Positions 40,275 to 47,393 are shown, counted from the stretch's first letter. The stretch is DNA of 64,000 bases from a virus (IMGVR_UViG_3300011008_000009:74579-138578), one strand, 5' to 3'. A program made the numbers and translations. Notes: generated by a model not told the origin, from the sequence alone.

Positions 40275-41440
40275 AGAAACAAAAGAGAAAGCAAACTTCT
40301 CTAAGAACTATTCTTTAAATGGTTTGTGGGCTTGAGGGTGACGCCCTAAGACAATCCGCGATAATGATAGTCGTTCGTAACAGTCCTATCCGGCAGAGAT
40401 GTCGTTAATGTAAAAGTCTTAATAAGTCCCAGAATGAGTAGCGGCGTAAGCGACTGTTAAAGAACCTTATTAAAGTTTTACTAATCTAATGAGACACATA
40501 TAATCAAGCCTCCACACGGCGTGTCTTGGGTAACGCGAATTTGATTATGGGTAAGTAAAACCTGTTAAAACCTTTAATACACAGGTCGTCACAAACTAGG
40601 TAATTTGTGGGATAGCAACCTTATAGCTAACTCGCGTGCGACAACGAGAACAAATATCGCATTTTGTCGAGATTGATGCGACCATAAATAAAGGTCAATT
40701 GTAGCGTACGGAGAGCCGCTATGATAGTTCTCCCTCTATCGACGAACGGCGTCGAGCGCAAACAAAAACCGAGAACCAAACTAGTGTAGTGAGCGGTTTG
40801 GGGAAATTCACTAGTCTCAAGGAAACGACTATAAACATACCTAGTCTTTGTAAGATATGACTTAAAAGGAAAAAACTTACCGTTCTTGTGAGCAAACGTA
40901 AACTGCAACTCTCTGGACCCCGTTCAACGGAGGGGTGACCAAATAATATCGGGACGTAGTGCGACGCTGGCGTCGGCGTCGGTCAACGCAGACCAATAAT
41001 AAACGAGCTACCGTTGTAGGCTAAGTACGGGATTTAAAACCTTCAAAGAAACTGGTCGGTACTATCTATCATTTATCGCTATCGACCATTTGACACTTCA
41101 GAAGAAGTCGTTCGAATCGGCTACGGCGGTAAGCTCCAACTTAGTTGGCACGCTGTATAGTTTATGTATGGTTAAAACAGCACGATATGTGTCAGGTTCC
41201 GTTGTAATTTTCCCTTCCCTTAAAGTGAAAATTACCCAATAGAGAAGTTCCTATAGTCTGTATCTTTGCTTGAGGGAATAGCAGAAAAGACTATACAGTT
41301 CGCGTTATGCTTTTCCGTTCTGTAAAAGCCAAAAAGCAGATTACTCGCACCCTAGACCTTAAGCTGGACAGTTGGCTAGGAGTTGTTAGTGTAGTAAGTC
41401 GTGTTATCTAGGCGTAGTCCAACAGTGTTATCGACTTACT
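40275..41440 (+). ncRNA. candidate giant structured RNA (GOLLD/ROOL-like in size and setting; class unassigned)
   Basis: ~1.17 kb with own promoter, no + strand ORF beyond a 5' fragment, flanked by tRNAs; perfect stems such as GTAATTTTC/GAAAATTAC (41204-41212/41227-41235) and TATAGTCT/AGACTATA (41252-41259/41288-41295). Confidence 0.6.
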
Positions 41441-41443
41441 TAT

Positions 41444-41519
41444 GCCGAGATAGCTCAATTGGTAGAGCAATTCACCTGTAATGAATAGGTTAAGGGTTCG
41501 ATTCTCTTTCTCGGCTCCA
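41444..41519 (+). tRNA. tRNA-Thr(UGU)
   Basis: acceptor GCCGAGA/TCTCGGC; ATTCA-CCTGTAA-TGAAT; encoded CCA. Confidence 0.9.
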
Positions 41520-41653
41520 GAAGATGAAACAGGTCAGGTCCAATCGCCCGATTAGGTATGTGAGGAAAGTGAGGTTGGTTTCCGAAAGGTGTAAAATCCT
41601 TCGCATTTAAAGTGATACTGCAAAATGTATCCGCCTAATCTTTATCTTTATAT

Positions 41654-41804
41654 TCCGGGTTAGCTCAGCCGGTAGAGCAGGTGACTGTGTAGATGTAGTA
41701 TAATGGCGAGTATATCTGGCTTCCACCCAGATGATGGGAGTTCAATTCTCCTCATCTACTCCATAATCACTTGGTCGGAGGTTCAAGTCCTCCACCCGGA
41801 GCCA
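41654..41804 (+). tRNA. tRNA-Asn(GUU), split by an internal tRNA-Gly gene in its anticodon loop
   Basis: removing 41689-41763 gives TCCGGGT TA GCTC AGCCGGTA GAGC A GGTGA CTGTTAA TCACT TGGTC GGAGG TTCAAGT CCTCC ACCCGGA G CCA, a complete 76-nt tRNA-Asn. Confidence 0.9.
41689..41763 (+). tRNA. tRNA-Gly(UCC), nested inside tRNA-Asn
   Basis: acceptor GTAGATG/CATCTAC, TCTGG-CTTCCAC-CCAGA, GGGAG-TTCAATT-CTCCT, encoded CCA. Confidence 0.9.
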
Positions 41805-41833
41805 ATCAATTAAAAAATATTTAGATATGATAT

Positions 41834-41916
41834 ACGACCTTGATGTAATTGGGTAACACTTGAGGCTATCGTAATAGTAGTAGTAGGGTATGGGAGTTCA
41901 AATCTCTCAGGTCGGA
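41834..41916 (+). tRNA. tRNA-like with irregular anticodon arm (identity unresolved)
   Basis: acceptor ACGACCT/AGGTCGG, D-arm TGATGTAATTGGGTAACAC, T-arm GGGAG-TTCAAAT-CTCTC, ~9 nt too long in the middle. Confidence 0.45.
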
Positions 41917-42212
41917 ACCTTCCTTATGGCTATTTTGGGAAGTAAAAGATTATTAGTCACAATGTAGAGGGCGCCGAGCGTCCCGCAGGTAAGGATATCC
42001 GACGATAGGTTAGACTCCTATGGTTAGCTGGTGTAGCTTGAAACCTGCAACCCCTTAATTGATGTCCTTAGTGACACCCGCCGAAAGTGTCGGGCGGAAG
42101 TACTTGACACTCTACTAGGAGTCAGAGCTGCTTCTTTAAATACTAGTTGAAAAGCTCCTTATACAATTGTATTATGATTAGGGCGTCTAAGCGGGCGCCT
42201 TAGTCATTATAT
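41917..42212 (+). ncRNA. candidate structured non-coding segment
   Basis: ORF-free and stem-rich between tRNAs. Confidence 0.35.
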
Positions 42213-42289
42213 GGGTTGGGTGGCGAAATAGGTAAACGCGCCGGATTGTGGTTCCGGTTTCTTGAGAGTTCGATTCTCTCCCCTTCCCC
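42213..42289 (+). tRNA. tRNA-His(GUG)
   Basis: CCGGA-TTGTGGT-TCCGG and GAGAG-TTCGATT-CTCTC; acceptor imperfect. Confidence 0.65.
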
Positions 42290-42295
42290 CAATAT

Positions 42296-42369
42296 GGGTC
42301 CTTAGTTCAATGGTAGAATAAACGGCTCCAACCCGTAAGATAGGCGTTCGAATCGTCTAGGTCCTGCCA
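42296..42369 (+). tRNA. tRNA-Trp(CCA)
   Basis: ACGG-CTCCAAC-CCGT; T-loop TTCGAAT; encoded CCA. Confidence 0.8.
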
Positions 42370-42540
42370 GAGGTATATTATGGAATTACAAAGTATAAAG
42401 CCAGTTAATGTAAGTATGGACAATGCTTATATTAATGAAGATATATTGAATATATTAAGAAGAATGTATGTTAAGAGAGTAAAGAATAAAGTGTTGCGGT
42501 TGTTCATATTTTGTTATTTATATGAACGGGCGCAGTAGAT

Positions 42541-42569
42541 TTGACTTTTTCCAAATACTATGATATAAT
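42541..42569 (+). promoter_or_regulatory. sigma70-type promoter, repeated family
   Basis: TTGACT-17-TATAAT, then ATATATAGTAAATGAGAAAGG. Confidence 0.85.
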
Positions 42570-42580
42570 ATATATAGTAA

Positions 42581-42790
42581 ATGAGAAAGGAAGAGAGTAT
42601 GAACATAAGGGACTATATGTTGTATAATAGAGGGAAATATCACGCTTATTCAATTGTTCTTGACCTTCTTGATAGTCCTGATGAATATAAAGACTTTAAA
42701 AGTAAAATTAAAAGACTTGTAGATAGGCATTGCGAGCAGGAAAAAGAGCTTGAAAGAGCAATCAGCGCAGAAACGAATGAAAGGATATAA
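42581..42790 (+). CDS. hypothetical protein (start possibly 42599)
   Basis: MNIRDYMLYNRGKYHAYSIVLDLLDSP. Confidence 0.55.
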   Translation: MRKEESMNIRDYMLYNRGKYHAYSIVLDLLDSPDEYKDFKSKIKRLVDRHCEQEKELERAISAETNERI

Positions 42791-42792
42791 AT

Positions 42793-43023
42793 ATGTATAT
42801 CGCAAAATCACGTCATAAAGAAACTAAAGATACTATTTATTTCCACGAATGGGAAGAACTCGATGAAGACGGGTTTGACTATGACTATTACCACGAATGG
42901 AGTACTCAACAAGCTACTCTTTATAAACAACCTGATTGGGCAAAGGCTGCGGCAGTACGCTATACAGGTTTTACCAATTCAGAGTTTTGGTATGTCGGAG
43001 AGATTGAGATAGTAGAGGTATAA
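42793..43023 (+). CDS. hypothetical protein
   Basis: ORF. Confidence 0.5.
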   Translation: MYIAKSRHKETKDTIYFHEWEELDEDGFDYDYYHEWSTQQATLYKQPDWAKAAAVRYTGFTNSEFWYVGEIEIVEV

Positions 43024-43026
43024 ATT

Positions 43027-43296
43027 ATGTATGTCATTACTGCTGAGGTAAAGTTTTTTGATGACTCAGATTATGTTAAAGCTCTTTTGAGCTATGATGA
43101 ATACGCTGATTGGGGTTGGATTAATGAAAACGAAAATGAATTTCTGACCATTGTCGTTTTTCCAACTTTAAAAGATGCGGAAAGTAGAGAGTTAGCTGTC
43201 ATTAACGGAGATATTCCAGTAAATGAGTATTATGCAGGTGTTAAGAATATAAAAATTCAGGAAATAAAAATATTTGACAATTTCCAAAAGTTATGA
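43027..43296 (+). CDS. hypothetical protein
   Basis: ORF. Confidence 0.5.
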   Translation: MYVITAEVKFFDDSDYVKALLSYDEYADWGWINENENEFLTIVVFPTLKDAESRELAVINGDIPVNEYYAGVKNIKIQEIKIFDNFQKL

Positions 43297-43332
43297 TATA
43301 ATATATATAGTGAGTTGAGAAAACTCACATAT

Positions 43333-43418
43333 GGGCGCGTGGCGGAACGGAAGACGCAACGGATTTAGACTCCGTCGGTAGAGATACCTTGAGAGTTCAA
43401 ATCTCTCCGCGCCTACCA
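43333..43418 (+). tRNA. tRNA-Leu(UAG)
   Basis: ACGGA-TTTAGAC-TCCGT, long variable arm, CCA. Confidence 0.9.
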
Positions 43419-43423
43419 TATAT

Positions 43424-43510
43424 GGACGGGTGGCGAAATAGGAAGCACGCTATGGTCTTAAAAACCATTGGATTAAATCCGTGGGGGTTCAAATCCCCTC
43501 CCGTCTACCA
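43424..43510 (+). tRNA. tRNA-Leu(UAA)
   Basis: ATGGT-CTTAAAA-ACCAT, long variable arm, CCA. Confidence 0.9.
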
Positions 43511-43583
43511 TATGCGTCAGAATAATGAAGCTAATTAATTATTCGATTTTAGCGGTTTGGGGACACCTTAATCTCCACCATAT

Positions 43584-43670
43584 CCGCAGGTATGCCTAGC
43601 GACGAGGGCAGCAGACTGTAAATCTGTCACATTAGAAACATCGTAAGTTTGAGTCTTACCCTGCGGTCCA
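43584..43670 (+). tRNA. tRNA-Tyr(GUA)
   Basis: acceptor CCGCAGG/CCTGCGG; GCAGA-CTGTAAA-TCTGT; long variable arm; CCA. Confidence 0.85.
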
Positions 43671-43815
43671 ATAGAGCGCGCAATCGCGGAGCGCACTCTG
43701 CCATTTAAAACCATTAGCACTGGAGTTTCTAGTTTTACAAGGTGCGGGCGCCGAGGCGCAAAAGATTTACATTCGGGTCTTTATAATAGTTCTACCGTAT
43801 GTCATATATGTATAT

Positions 43816-43890
43816 TTCTCCGTGGTGTAATAGCAGCACAAGAGTTTTTGGCACTCTTGGAAGGGGGAGCGTAACCTCTCGGAGAAACCA
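43816..43890 (+). tRNA. tRNA-Gln(UUG) with non-canonical D-loop (AATAGCA) and T-loop (AGCGTAA)
   Basis: TTCTCCG TG GTGT AATAGCA GCAC A AGAGT TTTTGGC ACTCT TGGAA GGGGG AGCGTAA CCTCT CGGAGAA A CCA. Confidence 0.8.
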
Positions 43891-43975
43891 CTTCGGGAAG
43901 TCAGGCACGAAATCTTTATTGATGCTTCGGCGGGGTCTGGCATAGATTACTCAGGCGGGCGGGTAATCTAAATAT

Positions 43976-44052
43976 TGCGGTGTGGAGAAGTCAGTCATCT
44001 CGCCACCCTCATAAGGTGAAGATCGCTAAGGCAGAGTTAGCCACCGCAACCA
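43976..44052 (+). tRNA. tRNA-Met(CAU) with non-canonical D-loop (AGTCAGTCA) and T-loop (GGCAGAG)
   Basis: TGCGGTG/CACCGCA, CCACC-CTCATAA-GGTGA, GCTAA-GGCAGAG-TTAGC, encoded CCA. Confidence 0.75.
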
Positions 44053-44104
44053 ATACACTTCTAATTTGTTTTCCTTTCTTTTACTTGCGCCTTCGGGCGC
44101 ATAT

Positions 44105-44180
44105 GGGTCTGTAGCTCAGTTGGTAGAGCGCAAGCCTGAAGAGCTTGGCGTCGTTGGTCCAACTCCAACCAGACCCACCA
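44105..44180 (+). tRNA. tRNA-Phe(GAA)
   Basis: GGGTCTG/CAGACCC; CAAGC-CTGAAGA-GCTTG; CCA. Confidence 0.9.
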
Positions 44181-44248
44181 GTGATGAGTGTGAACATCAC
44201 GACAATGTTATAATAGGTATGGCAGGAGTCAAAAGACTTCTGTTATAT

Positions 44249-44317
44249 GTCCGGTTGGTGTAGAAGTAGCATACAGGTCACAAGCCTGAGATGGGACTGC
44301 AAGTGTCTCGCCGGTCT
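44249..44317 (+). tRNA. tRNA-like, D-loop AGAAGTA and T-loop TGCAAGT (possible Cys ACA; uncertain)
   Basis: acceptor GTCCGGT/GCCGGTC, T-stem GGGAC/GTCTC, 4-bp anticodon stem, no CCA. Confidence 0.4.
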
Positions 44318-44417
44318 TTGGAAGGAAGCACACAAGTAGCTAGCACTTTGGTTCGGGGTGTGTGGGAACCGTCTGATGAGGTTGGCGGTTCATTTATATT
44401 TCCATTAAGGTGATAAA

Positions 44418-45053
44418 ATGGCTTTTATATATAAAATTATTAATGATATTAATGATAAAATATATGTAGGGAAAACACTTGAAACAATTGAGAAAAGATT
44501 TAAAGAACATATAAAGGATAGTAAACGAGGGCGAGACGCTAATCGTCCATTGTATAAAGCTATGAACAAATATGGTATAGAGCATTTTTGGGCAGAGCAA
44601 TTAGAAGAATGTTCTTATGAAATAGTTAATGAACGAGAAATTTATTGGATAAAAAAATTAAATAGTTTTTCTAATGGTTATAACGCTACTTTAGGCGGAG
44701 ACGGAAAAATTACTGCTAATTATCAATTAATATATAGTCTATGGTTATCTGGATTAAACGTTAAAGAAATTCAAGAAAAAACTAATTATGACCTTAAAAC
44801 AATAAAAAGGGGACTAGCAGAAAACAAAATAACGCATGAAGATATAGTAAATAGGTTAAAGCAACAACGATCAAAAAAAGTTTGTATGATGGATATAAAT
44901 ACTAATGAAGTTATACAATGTTTTGTTTCTGGAAAAGAAGCTGGTATTTTTTTAGGAGACAAAAACAAAGCAAAACATATAGGAGAAGTTTGTCGTGGGA
45001 AAAGACAGAGCGCATATGGATATCATTGGAAATTTTTAGATGACTTGTATTAA
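44418..45053 (+). CDS. GIY-YIG homing endonuclease with C-terminal NUMOD-like DNA-binding repeats
   Basis: FIYKIINDINDKIYVGKTLETIEKRFKEH..; VIQCFVSGKEAGIFLG..YGYHWKFLDD. Confidence 0.9.
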   Translation: MAFIYKIINDINDKIYVGKTLETIEKRFKEHIKDSKRGRDANRPLYKAMNKYGIEHFWAEQLEECSYEIVNEREIYWIKKLNSFSNGYNATLGGDGKITANYQLIYSLWLSGLNVKEIQEKTNYDLKTIKRGLAENKITHEDIVNRLKQQRSKKVCMMDINTNEVIQCFVSGKEAGIFLGDKNKAKHIGEVCRGKRQSAYGYHWKFLDDLY

Positions 45054-45059
45054 GTTAGT

Positions 45060-45123
45060 AAGACACTAACAGCAAATTCGTTAAAACATTAATTTAGGGA
45101 ATTAATTTAGTTTAATGTGTCTT
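45060..45123 (+). ncRNA. ACAGCAA-stem element E1
   Basis: AAGACAC-TAACAGCAAATTCG-[TTAAAAC[ATTAATT/AATTAAT]GTTTAA]-GTGTCTT. Confidence 0.55.
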
Positions 45124-45160
45124 GATTAAAATTTAGATGATAATTTTGGTGAGATCCATT

Positions 45161-45207
45161 TCGATGCATACAGCAATTTACACGCTTGGTGATAGAAATT
45201 GCATCGA
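45161..45207 (+). ncRNA. ACAGCAA-stem element E2
   Basis: perfect 8-bp stem TCGATGCA/TGCATCGA enclosing TACAGCAATTT. Confidence 0.5.
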
Positions 45208-45217
45208 GTTAATTAGA

Positions 45218-45282
45218 AGACGCGTTCAGCAACAATTTTTGGAATAATTTGAGACTCATAATCTCGCATTTAATTCGGGTCT
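45218..45282 (+). ncRNA. CAGCAA-stem element E3 (weaker)
   Basis: AGACGCG-TTCAGCAACAATT...GTCT. Confidence 0.35.
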
Positions 45283-45293
45283 AGTATGTGAAT

Positions 45294-45356
45294 AAGACAC
45301 TAACAGCAATTCATTAAACATTATTTTCGGTTAAATAATTTAGTTTAATGTGTCTT
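45294..45356 (+). ncRNA. ACAGCAA-stem element E4
   Basis: AAGACAC-TAACAGCAATTC-[ATTAAAC[ATTATTT/AAATAAT]GTTTAAT]-GTGTCTT. Confidence 0.55.
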
Positions 45357-45373
45357 GAAAAGGAGTAATTACA

Positions 45374-46948
45374 ATGGATTTTTGGCAGAAATTAAAGGAG
45401 ACAGACAACTTCACAGTAACCGAGAATGGCGCCGTTGCCTATAAGTCAACGCTTAACGCTTGCCTTGATGCTTTCGGTAGTCTAGGTGCTATGAGGAGAT
45501 GTGATGATACTACTATAGTATCTACTTTTGAAAATGCTTTTAACGAAGATAAGGTTCTTGCTATGAGAATGTTATTCTGGTTAAGAGATGTCCGCGGCGG
45601 TATCGGCGAAAGACGTGCGTTCCGCATAATACTTAAGTGGCTTGTTGAGCGTAATCCTGAGTATGTTCTTAAGAACCTTCATAATATTCTTGAGTATGGG
45701 CGCGGAGACGATTATCTGTGTCTGCTTGATACTCAGCTTAGGAACGAAGTGGCGACTTATCTTAAGAACGTGGTTGAGCACGACTTAAACAGTCTGCCCT
45801 TCAAGCCTATAAGCCTAATTGGAAAATGGCTTCCTAGCATCAACACCAGCTCCGCAGAAACCAAGCGCTATGCTAATATACTTGCTAAGGCTTGGGGTTG
45901 GAGTCCGCGCCGATATCGTAAAACTATTTCTACACTTCGTAGATACTTAAATGTAGTCGAAAGAAGTATGTCTGCGAATGAGTGGAAGTACATAGACTAC
46001 GAGAGGGTTCCTGCTAAGGCAGCTATGAACTATTCTGATGCTTTCTATAAGCACGATGAGATTGGATATACCACCTATTTGCGGAATATAGCTAACGGCA
46101 CAGCGCAGGTTAAGTCCGAAACGCTGTATCCTTCCGAGATAGTTCATAGAATTATGTCTTCAAGAAAGCGCATTTCGCTTAAGGACGTAATATTCTACGA
46201 CGCTCTGTGGGATAATCTTCCTAACTACTTCGAGAAGGCGCCCGACGAAAGTTCTATCTGTGTAGTAGATGTATCAGGCTCTATGTCTGGTGAACCTATG
46301 GAAGTGGCGATAGCACTTGGTATGTACTGTGCTGACAAGTGCAGAGGAGCTTTCCACAATAAGTTTATTACCTTTAGCAGTAAGCCTCAGCTTGTAGAAA
46401 TTAAGGGCGATAACTTAGTCGATAAGGTAAATAACATCAGCCATGCAGGCTGGGGCGCGAACACCAATATAGAAGCAGTTTTCAATCTTATCCTTACTAC
46501 CGCTATTCAGAATAACTGCAAGCAGAAAGACCTTCCTAGTAAGCTGTACATCATCTCAGATATGCAGTTTGATGAAGCGTCAGGCGGAGGTAGTTATTAC
46601 GATTATCGACACTACAGATGGGTCCAGAACACTAAGCCTATGACCTTTATGCAGCAAATGCGTCAGAGATATGCCGAAGCTGGTTACGAAATGCCTGCAC
46701 TGGTATATTGGAATGTAAGAGCTTCTGAGTGTGGTATATTCCAAGAAACCATCGACGGCGAGAACATAGCTATGGTAAGTGGTTATAGCGCAAAGCTCTT
46801 CGAGTCGGTTATCGAGGGTACTACTTATGAGGAAACCGCAGACGAAAAGGGTAGAACTGTTACCAAGCAGAAGATCGACCCTATGATGGTGATGTTAACT
46901 ACGCTTGGCAACGAGCGTTATGATAACGTGTGGACAGGAAAAGCGTGA
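45374..46948 (+). CDS. TROVE/DUF2828-like protein with C-terminal vWA domain (Ro60-related architecture)
   Basis: LFWLRDVRGGIGERRAFRIILKWLVERNPE and VCVVDVSGSMSGEPMEVAIALGMYCADKCRGAFHNKFITFSSKPQL. Confidence 0.75.
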   Translation: MDFWQKLKETDNFTVTENGAVAYKSTLNACLDAFGSLGAMRRCDDTTIVSTFENAFNEDKVLAMRMLFWLRDVRGGIGERRAFRIILKWLVERNPEYVLKNLHNILEYGRGDDYLCLLDTQLRNEVATYLKNVVEHDLNSLPFKPISLIGKWLPSINTSSAETKRYANILAKAWGWSPRRYRKTISTLRRYLNVVERSMSANEWKYIDYERVPAKAAMNYSDAFYKHDEIGYTTYLRNIANGTAQVKSETLYPSEIVHRIMSSRKRISLKDVIFYDALWDNLPNYFEKAPDESSICVVDVSGSMSGEPMEVAIALGMYCADKCRGAFHNKFITFSSKPQLVEIKGDNLVDKVNNISHAGWGANTNIEAVFNLILTTAIQNNCKQKDLPSKLYIISDMQFDEASGGGSYYDYRHYRWVQNTKPMTFMQQMRQRYAEAGYEMPALVYWNVRASECGIFQETIDGENIAMVSGYSAKLFESVIEGTTYEETADEKGRTVTKQKIDPMMVMLTTLGNERYDNVWTGKA

Positions 46949-46999
46949 CGGCTGTTCCTTGTGAGTTTAAGTTAAATTATAGGCGCAGGGAAGCGCCAT

Positions 47000-47147
47000 C
47001 CTCCCGTAGCTCAAAAGCAGAGCACCGGTCTTTTGTCTAATTTTAGTAAAGAAATTGAACCCATTTCGGGAAAAATTTTAACTAGGGCAGAACTAGTTTT
47101 AGACGCCAAAACCGGGGACTTCGGAGCATTACCGGACGGGAGGACCA
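47000..47147 (+). tRNA. tRNA-Lys(UUU), split by a 74-nt tRNA-like insertion in its anticodon loop; non-canonical D-loop AAAAGCA and T-loop AGCATTA
   Basis: removing 47035-47108 gives CCTCCCG TA GCTC AAAAGCA GAGC A CCGGT CTTTTAA ACCGG GGAC TTCGG AGCATTA CCGGA CGGGAGG A CCA. Confidence 0.8.
47035..47108 (+). tRNA. nested tRNA-like element ending in CCA (identity unresolved, D/anticodon arms poorly formed)
   Basis: GTCTAAT/TTTAGAC (6 of 7 bp), T-arm ACTAG-GGCAGAA-CTAGT, G + CCA. Confidence 0.6.
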
Positions 47148-47151
47148 ATAT

Positions 47152-47239
47152 GCCGGCTTGGCAGAGTGGTTTAATGCAACTGCCTTGAAAGCAGTCGAGT
47201 GTAACAGCTCCCAAGATTCGAATTCTTGAGCCGGCGCCA
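47152..47239 (+). tRNA. tRNA-Ser(UGA)
   Basis: GCCGGCT/AGCCGGC; ACTGC-CTTGAAA-GCAGT; CCA. Confidence 0.9.
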
Positions 47240-47242
47240 TAA

Positions 47243-47357
47243 GATACTGACAGCAAATCAAATTTTGAAACAAATTCTGGAGTAGCCAAGAGGTAAGGCA
47301 GCGGCGCGAAGCCGTGAAAAGTAACTTTCGTGTGTTCAAATCACACCCGTATCTCCA
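47243..47357 (+). tRNA. irregular tRNA-Ser-like gene (possible CGA) carrying an ACAGCAA element and ~40 extra nt
   Basis: GATACTG/CCGTATC plus CCA; GTGTG-TTCAAAT-CACAC; AGATAC-TGACAGCAAATC. Confidence 0.45.
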
Positions 47358-47393
47358 TATGTATCGGCGCCGATATTTAGGTATTGGCGCCAT

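Noticed and set aside
40126-40335. ORF of 69 aa
   Set aside because: Overlaps tRNA-Arg and the promoter of the large ncRNA region.
39810-41440. tmRNA or RNase P RNA
   Set aside because: No tRNA-like ends with a tag reading frame, and no recognisable RNase P RNA core motifs.
44066-44263. ORF of 65 aa (GSVAQLVERKPEELG...)
   Set aside because: Translation of tRNA-Phe sequence; classic spurious ORF over a tRNA.
44180-45060. Group I intron hosting the GIY-YIG gene
   Set aside because: I could not identify P3-P7 core pairing or a split host gene around it; left as a free-standing endonuclease.
47011-47393. ORFs on both strands (47011-47289 -, 47082-47393 +)
   Set aside because: They lie over tRNA-Lys, tRNA-Ser(UGA) and the Ser-like gene.
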